This document shows, piece by piece, positions 57,557-64,000 of a stretch of DNA of 64,000 nt. The position numbers were made by a program, and so were the translations under genes. This DNA comes from Patescibacteria group bacterium. Its GTDB lineage: Bacteria > Patescibacteriota > Minisyncoccia > Phycocordibacterales > PALSA-1337. The DNA is taken from positions 23,243 through 87,242 of the forward strand of contig JAGWLA010000003.1 in the NCBI GenBank assembly GCA_028865095.1. The letters run 5' to 3'. The notes under the pieces are model-generated. The model saw only the letters and a list, made by a program, of their open reading frames with translations. It was not told where the DNA came from and did no database searches. The first letter of the stretch is position 1. Every line of letters begins with the position of its first letter.

Positions 57557-59011
57557 TTGAAGATCGTGATGCCGGCAGAGGTAGCCAGGCTCCTACGTGC
57601 TATACTTATAAGCGTGGAATCGCTGTCGTATGGATCGCCTGCGATAGACGGGGAAGGGGAGAAGCGCTTCACATATATATCCCCGATCCTTTTGCAGTCC
57701 CTCATATACGCCTTCTCCTGGGTCATATTCAAGGTCTTTTGCCGGTTCGAAGCGCATGGCGTCGAACGGGTCCGGCATATCGACAAGAAGATCATATTCG
57801 TGGCCAACCATTCGAGCGAATGGGACGGCATCCTCGTGCGCATGGCGCTGCCGTTCTTCTGGAAGGGATCGCCGATGTACTATGTGGCCATGACCAAAGG
57901 GAGCTATACGGAATCGGGGTGGCGGAAATACATATATGGCGGAGCCCTCTTCGAGCATGTCGGCGCATACCCCGTCTACTATGGCCAAAAGGACTACGCA
58001 TCGTCGCTGCGCAACCATGTCGCGCTGCTTCGGAAAGGAAGGAACGTCTGCATATTCCCCGAGGGGCGCCGGACGAAAGACGGGACGATCGGAGAGGCGC
58101 GCGGCGGCGCCGTATTCCTCGCGCAGCAGCCCGGCACGGTCATCGTGCCGGTCGCCATCGAAGGCCTGGTCAGGCTGAAGGTCGGCGAGCTGCTCTCTTT
58201 CAAGCGCCGCGTCAGGCTCGTATACGGCCGGCCGTTCTCGCTTGACGAGCTCGGGTTCCCCGCGGACCCGGCGCCGGAAGACTATAAGCGCGCCGCTGGA
58301 TCGATCATGCAGCGCGTCAAAGACCTGTTCGGCGCCGTGCCGCCGCCGAAGCCCCATCGCTGGTTCGTGCGGCATACCTATCGGGCCGTCAAATGGACCC
58401 TTGGCCCGTTGATCAGGACGATATGGGTCAAAGAGGTCCGCGGCCTGGAGAACGTTCCCGAGCACGGCCCCGCCATCGTCGCCTTCAACCATCAGAGCTA
58501 TCTCGATTTCCTGTGCTTCACCGCGGTCTCCAAACGGCCGATACACTATCTCTCGGCCGAGAAGTTCTTCTCGCATGCCGTCTGGGGCCCGCTCATGAAG
58601 CTGACCGGCCAATTCAAAGTCAAGCGGCACGAGCATGAGAAAGGGTCGTTGCATGAGCTCGTCCATGCCCACCTCGACCGATCCGGCGTCGTAGGGATAT
58701 TCCCGGAAGGCACCCGGTCGCCGCACCAGAAAGAGATGCTCAAAGCATTCAAAGGCGTCGCCCGCTATGCCCTCGGCAAAGGGGTCCCCGTCGTGCCGGT
58801 CGGCATCAAGGGGACTTTCGAGGTCATGTCCAAGCACGACAAGAAGCCTCGTCTCAAGAAGATCGTCGAATTCCATGTCGGAGAGCCGATGCATTTCCCC
58901 GAATACAAGGGCAGGCCCCTCGAAGAGGGGGATTATGCGAAAGCGACCCATGCCATCATGCTCCGGATCGCCAGCCTCTCTGGCAAGGAGTATCCGTACG
59001 CGGTAGAATGA
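57557..59011 (+). CDS. Tandem-domain lysophospholipid acyltransferase (two PlsC-like LPLAT domains)
   Basis: Two HxxxxD/FPEGxR pairs: 'NHSSEWD'...'FPEGRRT' and 'NHQSYLD'...'FPEGTRS'. Confidence 0.75.
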   Translation: MKIVMPAEVARLLRAILISVESLSYGSPAIDGEGEKRFTYISPILLQSLIYAFSWVIFKVFCRFEAHGVERVRHIDKKIIFVANHSSEWDGILVRMALPFFWKGSPMYYVAMTKGSYTESGWRKYIYGGALFEHVGAYPVYYGQKDYASSLRNHVALLRKGRNVCIFPEGRRTKDGTIGEARGGAVFLAQQPGTVIVPVAIEGLVRLKVGELLSFKRRVRLVYGRPFSLDELGFPADPAPEDYKRAAGSIMQRVKDLFGAVPPPKPHRWFVRHTYRAVKWTLGPLIRTIWVKEVRGLENVPEHGPAIVAFNHQSYLDFLCFTAVSKRPIHYLSAEKFFSHAVWGPLMKLTGQFKVKRHEHEKGSLHELVHAHLDRSGVVGIFPEGTRSPHQKEMLKAFKGVARYALGKGVPVVPVGIKGTFEVMSKHDKKPRLKKIVEFHVGEPMHFPEYKGRPLEEGDYAKATHAIMLRIASLSGKEYPYAVE

Positions 59012-59018
59012 GGACCAT

Positions 59019-59675
59019 ATGGCACACCTTCTCGCCGTCTTCGACCTCGACGGGACGCTTGTCGACGGTTATAGCCAGAGATATCTCCTCGGCTTCCTCC
59101 GCCGCGAGGGCTACATCGGCATCTTCCGGTACGCGGTCATCTGGCTCTGGTTCGTCGCTTACTCCGCGCGCATCGTCGATTCCCCGGCCAGGATCCTGCG
59201 CTATGCCCTCGACGCCTTCATCGGGATGAAGGAGAAGGATGTCGGCGCCATATTCGACCGCTTCTTTTCCGAAGAGCTGCGGCCGCGGATATACCCCGGA
59301 GCGGCGGGCCTCATCGAGGGATACAAGCGCAAAGGGTATGAAGCCGTCATATTGTCGGCGGCCATCGACCCGATCGTGGCGCGCTGCGCGGATCATCTCG
59401 GAGCCGATCGCTATACCGCGACGGAGCTCGTATTCGTGGACGGCGCCCTCGCCGACGTGAAAGACCCTGTCTACGGCGGCGCCAAGGCCCGCTGGCTCGA
59501 GCGCGAGCGCTCGAGATCCCCGGAAGGAGGGCTCCGCACCGCCGCGTTCGCCGATCATTACTCGGACCGGGAGCTTCTCTCGATGGCCGACGAGCCCCAT
59601 GCGGTCAACCCCGACCGCCGCCTCGAACGGTATGCGCTTTCCCGCGCGTGGCCCGTCATGTCCATGACGCCATGA
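59019..59675 (+). CDS. HAD-superfamily hydrolase (subfamily IB-like)
   Basis: 'LAVFDLDGTLVDG' motif I. 218 aa. Confidence 0.75.
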   Translation: MAHLLAVFDLDGTLVDGYSQRYLLGFLRREGYIGIFRYAVIWLWFVAYSARIVDSPARILRYALDAFIGMKEKDVGAIFDRFFSEELRPRIYPGAAGLIEGYKRKGYEAVILSAAIDPIVARCADHLGADRYTATELVFVDGALADVKDPVYGGAKARWLERERSRSPEGGLRTAAFADHYSDRELLSMADEPHAVNPDRRLERYALSRAWPVMSMTP

Positions 59676-61270
59676 ATCTCTTCAGCATCTCCAGCCTCAT
59701 CACGTTCTTCGCGGCCATCGGCTTCGGCCTCTCTCTGTATGCCAGCGACCGCCGGTCGCCGGTCATATCCCGCTGGTTCGCCGCGTCCATATTCATCGCG
59801 TTCTGGAGCCTCGGGCTCTATGGGGTAGCGTCATCGTCCAGCGCCCATGCGGCCCTCTGGTGGCAGTATCTCCTCGACGTGTCGGCGATATTCATCCCCG
59901 TCTCGTATTTCTCGTTCGCTTCGGAGCTGGTCGGCGCGAAGAACCTCGCCTGGAGGAAGGCCTCGTATGCGCTCGCGCTCGCTTTGGCCGTCTTCAGCTT
60001 CTCGCCGCTCTTCAAGGAGGGTATGGCGCCCAAGTATGATTTCTACTGGATCATCCCCGGGCCCGCATACATCATATTCCCGGCTTTCTTCACGGCATAC
60101 GTGGCGCTCTCGATCGTGCTGTTCGTCAGGGCCCAGCGCCGGACGACGGACCGGGCCAAGCGGGCGCAGATCGCCAGCGCCTTGATCGCGGCGGTCATCG
60201 GTTTCGGAGGGGGCCTCACGAACTTCTTCCCGCAAGTCATCGACGCCTATCCTTTCGGCAACTACTTCATCATCCTCTACGTCTTCTTGATGGCTTACGG
60301 GGTCTTGCGCTACCGGCTCTTCAGCGTCAAGATCATCGCGGCCCAGATATTCGCCGGAGCCATGGTCATGGTCTTCTTGTTCAATCTCCTGCAATCCGTC
60401 GCCGATGTGGCCGACTGGGTGATCAAATTCGGCATGTTCGCCCTCTCTCTGGTCTTCAGCGTCTTCCTGGTCCGCAGCGTCTATAGCGAGGTCGCCCAGC
60501 GCGAGCGCATCCAGAAGCTGGCCGAGGACCTCGAGAAGGCCAACGTGCGCCTGACCGAGCTCGACCGCCAGAAGTCGGAATTCGTCTCCTTCGCCAGCCA
60601 CCAGCTGCGCGCCCCGCTCACGGCCATGAAAGGCTACAGCTCGCTCCTCCTGGAGGGGGACATGGGCGCCCTCCCGGCGGAGGCCCGCGCCGGCGTGGAG
60701 CGCATATATGATTCCACCAGCACCCTCGCCCACATCGTCGACGATTACCTGAACGTCAGCCGCATCGAGCTCGGCACCATGAAGTACGCGTTCGAGACGA
60801 TCGACTTGAAGCAGCTCGTCGAGGACGTCATCGGGGAGCTCAAGCCGACCATCGACGCGTCCGGCTTGGCCTTCTCGTTCAGGGCCGAGGACACGGGCGC
60901 CGATTATCGCGTCACGGCAGACCGCGACAAGCTCAAGCAGGTCATCGCCAACCTGATCGACAATTCCATGAAGTACACGCCGTCGGGCTCGGTCTCCACG
61001 GCCCTGTCGTTCGACCGGGCGCGGCACCGCTTCGTCTTCACGGTGAAGGACACCGGCATCGGCATCGCTCCCGAGGTCCTGCCGCACCTCTTCCAGAAGT
61101 TCAGCCGGGCGCATAACGCCAACAAGACCAACATCAAGGGCACCGGCCTCGGCCTCTTCGTGGCCAAGCAGATGATCGAGGCGCATCACGGGTCCATCCG
61201 CGCCGAATCGCCCGGAGAAGGGAAGGGCTCGTCCTTCATCGTCGAGCTCGAGCCGTTCGCCAAAGCCTGA
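59648..61270 (+). CDS. Sensor histidine kinase with a 7-TM N-terminal domain
   Basis: H-box 'FASHQLRAPLTAMKGY' and G2 box 'GTGLGLFVAKQMIEAHHGSI'. No response regulator is adjacent. Confidence 0.8.
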   Translation: MARHVHDAMNLFSISSLITFFAAIGFGLSLYASDRRSPVISRWFAASIFIAFWSLGLYGVASSSSAHAALWWQYLLDVSAIFIPVSYFSFASELVGAKNLAWRKASYALALALAVFSFSPLFKEGMAPKYDFYWIIPGPAYIIFPAFFTAYVALSIVLFVRAQRRTTDRAKRAQIASALIAAVIGFGGGLTNFFPQVIDAYPFGNYFIILYVFLMAYGVLRYRLFSVKIIAAQIFAGAMVMVFLFNLLQSVADVADWVIKFGMFALSLVFSVFLVRSVYSEVAQRERIQKLAEDLEKANVRLTELDRQKSEFVSFASHQLRAPLTAMKGYSSLLLEGDMGALPAEARAGVERIYDSTSTLAHIVDDYLNVSRIELGTMKYAFETIDLKQLVEDVIGELKPTIDASGLAFSFRAEDTGADYRVTADRDKLKQVIANLIDNSMKYTPSGSVSTALSFDRARHRFVFTVKDTGIGIAPEVLPHLFQKFSRAHNANKTNIKGTGLGLFVAKQMIEAHHGSIRAESPGEGKGSSFIVELEPFAKA

Positions 61271-61286
61271 AGCGCGCCGCATCGCC

Positions 61287-62105
61287 ATGGACATCAAGCG
61301 CATCGACATCCATTCCCACCTCAATTTCTCGGCCTTCGACGCCGATCGCGACGCCGTAGCGCGCCGGGCCCTCGATGCCGGGACCGCCTTCATCACCGTC
61401 GGCACCCAGCTCGATACCTCTCGGAAAGCGATCGAGCTCGCCGAGGCCTATCCCGAAGGGGCCTATGCCATCGTCGGGCTCCATCCCATCCATACGTCCG
61501 CGTCCTTCCATGACGCCGCGGAGCTGGGAGAAGGAGGGATGGAGTTCTCCTCGCGCGGCGAGCGGTTCGACCCGGCGCCGTACCGGGAGCTCTTGAAGCA
61601 TCCCAAAGCCGTCGGCGTCGGAGAGGTCGGCCTCGACCATTACCGGCTCGAAGGGGATACGCGGGCTCTCCAGCGGGAGGCGTTCGAGGCCCAGATCGAC
61701 CTCGCCAACGAAGCGGGGAAGCCTCTCATGCTCCACATCCGCGAGGCGTACGAAGACGCCCTCGCCGTCCTGAAGGATCGGGCGCGGGTCAAAGGGAACG
61801 TCCATTTCTTCGCCGGCACGACCGAGCAGGCACGGCGGTTCCTCGACTTGGGCTTCACTCTCTCATTCACCGGGGTCATCACCTTCGCCCGCCAGTACGC
61901 CGAGCTCGTCGAATATGTGCCGCTCGACATGATGCATGCGGAGACGGATTGCCCGTTCGTGGCGCCCGTGCCGCATCGCGGCGCGCGCAACGAGCCGGCG
62001 TTCGTGTCCTTCGTGACCGAGAAGATCGCCGCCCTGAAGAAGCTGCCGGTCGCCGACGTGGAGAAGGCCCTGGTCGCCAACGCCCACCGGCTGTTCGGCA
62101 TATGA
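61287..62105 (+). CDS. tatD: TatD-family metal-dependent DNase
   Basis: 'DIHSHLNF', 'GLHPIH', 'GEVGLDHYR', 'HIREAYED'. Confidence 0.9.
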   Translation: MDIKRIDIHSHLNFSAFDADRDAVARRALDAGTAFITVGTQLDTSRKAIELAEAYPEGAYAIVGLHPIHTSASFHDAAELGEGGMEFSSRGERFDPAPYRELLKHPKAVGVGEVGLDHYRLEGDTRALQREAFEAQIDLANEAGKPLMLHIREAYEDALAVLKDRARVKGNVHFFAGTTEQARRFLDLGFTLSFTGVITFARQYAELVEYVPLDMMHAETDCPFVAPVPHRGARNEPAFVSFVTEKIAALKKLPVADVEKALVANAHRLFGI

Positions 62106-62398
62106 CCGGAGAGCTCGCCGGGCCGGCCGGAGCATAAGAAAAGGGCAGTCGGATCCGGCCGACTGCCCTCGCATCATTTTTATTGCCACTGGAATTCGAG
62201 GTTCTTCAAGGACATCCTTCGCACCTCGACCCTGAAGGAGAACGTATTGCCTCGAACGACAGGGATCCTGAAGGGCCTCTCGGGGCGCGCAGCTGTTTTC
62301 AGCTCTTCAAGCAATGAAAGCCGCCGCGCCTTTCGGGTTCGCACTTCTAGGGCATCCATAGAACGACCTCCTTTCCTCCCAATCATACGCCTAAAAAG

Positions 62399-62881
62399 TT
62401 ACTTTGTCAACAGACTGTCCACCACCGCTTTGACGTCGGCGCCGTCGGCTTTGCCGGCGAGCTCCTTCATGAGCGCGCCCGTCAGCTTGCCGGCGGAAGC
62501 GGGCGACTTCGCGTCGAACGATCCGGCCGCCTTCAGGGCTTCCAGGCGGGCTTTGGCGATGATGGCGATCTCCTCGCGGGGCATGAGGGCCGGCAGGAAC
62601 GACTCGAGGATAGCCAGCTCCTCGCGCTCCTTGGCGGCCAGGTCCTCGCGGCCGCCCTTCACGAACTGCTCGATGGAGTCCTTGCGCTGCTTGGCCGAGC
62701 GCTTGACGAGCGCCAGCGCTTTGTCGTCGGGCAGGAGGCCCGCCTCGTCGGCGGCGGCTTTGCCCATGACGATCTCGTTCTGGAACGACGATACGAGGCC
62801 GCGCAGGGTGTCGAGGCGGATGGTGTCTTTGGCCCGCAAAGCGTCCTTGATCTGGTCTTTTATGGTCTGGTGGAGGGTCAT
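62399..62881 (-). CDS. GatB/YqeY-domain protein
   Basis: 'IKDALRAKDTIRLDTLRGL' matches the YqeY family. 160 aa. Confidence 0.8.
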   Translation of the reverse strand: MTLHQTIKDQIKDALRAKDTIRLDTLRGLVSSFQNEIVMGKAAADEAGLLPDDKALALVKRSAKQRKDSIEQFVKGGREDLAAKEREELAILESFLPALMPREEIAIIAKARLEALKAAGSFDAKSPASAGKLTGALMKELAGKADGADVKAVVDSLLTK

Positions 62882-62915
62882 GGCTTTAATTAGTTGTAAT
62901 TATGCTGCTAAGCTT

Positions 62916-62938
62916 AGCACACAAAAGCCCCTCGGGAG
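62916..62938 (-). terminator. GC-rich hairpin (gcccctc/gaggggc) with a U-tract on the minus strand
   Basis: aaagcccctcgggaggggcttt. The minus strand continues TTTTGTGTG. It sits in a 275-bp gene-free interval and its orientation is unexplained. Confidence 0.35.
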
Positions 62939-63157
62939 GGGCTTTCATTGGGCGTAAGGCCTTTCATGCCCCGTCCGAGTAGTAAGGGCCTCACTCGTCG
63001 GGTTCTCCTTTTACTACGGCCCATCTATGTATTATCGCCAGGCAAGAAAGACGTCTCTTTCACTCGGATAATGGTTAGGTCAAGCCTGCCAGTATCCAAT
63101 GGACCATTTCTTTGCGTTGGTCTACCCATCCGAAAGCTAACATGTATAATATGTGCA

Positions 63158-64000
63158 ATGCAAACTTTAATCGTAATAGCCGCGGCTGTCTTGTTGGCGC
63201 TGACTAATACCATTCTTGTTCTCGTGCTTATACGCCGCAAGACAGAAAAGCTGCCCGCCGAAGGGCAGGGGAGCGACGGCCTCAAGCTCCTTCTCGAGCA
63301 AGTCAACGAATTGAACCGCACCGTCGACCGGAAAGTCGGCGACCTGACCAGGACCGTGGACTCAAAGATCGACCAATCGGCGCGGCACATGCAGGACTCG
63401 ATGCGCACCCAGCTATCCGAATCTTCCCGCCTCATCCGCGACATCACCAGCGAGATCGTCCAGGTCAAGAAGATAGGGGAGCAGAGCTTGTCCGTCCAGA
63501 ACCAGCTCCGCGAGCTCGAGGACATCCTCAAGAATCCCAAGCACCGCGGCATCCTCGGCGAATATTATCTCGAGACGCTGCTCAAGAACGTCCTCGCCCC
63601 CGGCCAATACCAGATGCAGTATCCGTTCAAGAACGGGGAGATCGTCGATGCGGCGGTCTTCGTCAAGGACAAGGTCATCCCGGTGGACTCGAAGTTCTCG
63701 CTGGAGAACTATAACAAGATGGCCGATGCCCGCGACCCGGCCGAGAAGGAGCGCCTGGAGAAGGCTTTCGTCAGCGACTTGAAGCTGCGCATCCAGGAGA
63801 CGTCGAAATACGTCAGGCCTGACGAGAAGACCATGGATTTCGCTTTCATGTTCATCCCGCACGAGGCCATCTATTACGACCTGCTGGTCAACAAGATCGG
63901 CTCTTCCGCAGACGATACCGACAACCTCATCCAGCGGGCCGCCAGCAAGTACAAGGTCATCATCGTCTCGCCGACCTCGTTCCTGGCCTATCTGCAGACC
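63158..64000 (+). CDS. rmuC: DNA recombination protein RmuC (3' end beyond the window)
   Basis: N-terminal TM, coiled coil, then 'QMQYPFKNGEIVDAAVF...VDSKFSLENY' and 'DFAFMFIPHEAIY' RmuC motifs. The open frame runs to the window edge. A TATAAT lies 8 nt upstream. Confidence 0.7.
   Translation, partial: MQTLIVIAAAVLLALTNTILVLVLIRRKTEKLPAEGQGSDGLKLLLEQVNELNRTVDRKVGDLTRTVDSKIDQSARHMQDSMRTQLSESSRLIRDITSEIVQVKKIGEQSLSVQNQLRELEDILKNPKHRGILGEYYLETLLKNVLAPGQYQMQYPFKNGEIVDAAVFVKDKVIPVDSKFSLENYNKMADARDPAEKERLEKAFVSDLKLRIQETSKYVRPDEKTMDFAFMFIPHEAIYYDLLVNKIGSSADDTDNLIQRAASKYKVIIVSPTSFLAYLQT

Noticed and set aside
59831-61405. 524-aa minus-strand ORF opposite the histidine kinase, and similar antisense ORFs opposite the ABC transporter (54510-56090), proS (36934-38163), rseP (35926-36933) and mreB (33495-35609)
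   Set aside because: In each case the opposite strand encodes a protein with clear family motifs. The antisense translations are low-complexity.
62180-62386. 68-aa minus-strand ORF between tatD and yqeY
   Set aside because: No RBS, Arg-rich and no homology. It was considered as a small basic protein, but the evidence is insufficient to call.

Overview
High-G+C (roughly 60-65% by eye) bacterial chromosome segment, densely packed with housekeeping genes. Recognisable genes include eno, rpmE, prfA, mntH, thrS, dnaE, rnhB, a primary-like sigma-70, hpf, fmt-def, priA, murA, two mreB paralogs plus mreC, frr, rseP, proS, tsaD, valS, tatD and rmuC. Three aminoacyl-tRNA synthetases look truncated, RpoD is short, and essential enzymes carry low-complexity inserts, which suggests a reduced-genome lineage (possibly Patescibacteria/CPR-like; this cannot be proven from the window). 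Three ordinary tRNAs are present: Arg-CCU, Phe-GAA and Leu-UAA. The most striking locus is a visibly lower-G+C island at about 22.4-27.2 kb. It carries an SF2/ResIII helicase with five C-terminal tandem repeats of about 56 aa and a second, extended sigma-70-family factor. It abuts a tRNA-Asn(GUU) gene that is split in the anticodon loop by a 569-nt group I intron encoding an HNH homing endonuclease. Other notable features are a PriA homolog whose Walker A and B motifs look degenerate, an XRE-HTH::MurA fusion with a perfect 18-bp palindrome in its promoter region, a candidate T-box leader upstream of thrS, two near-consensus sigma-70 promoters with a shared extended motif, repeat-rich secreted or surface proteins, and a second lower-G+C accessory cluster at about 48.4-57.4 kb. 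No CRISPR array, transposase or integrase was seen. Many of the long ORFs in the supplied track are antisense artefacts of high G+C and are not called.
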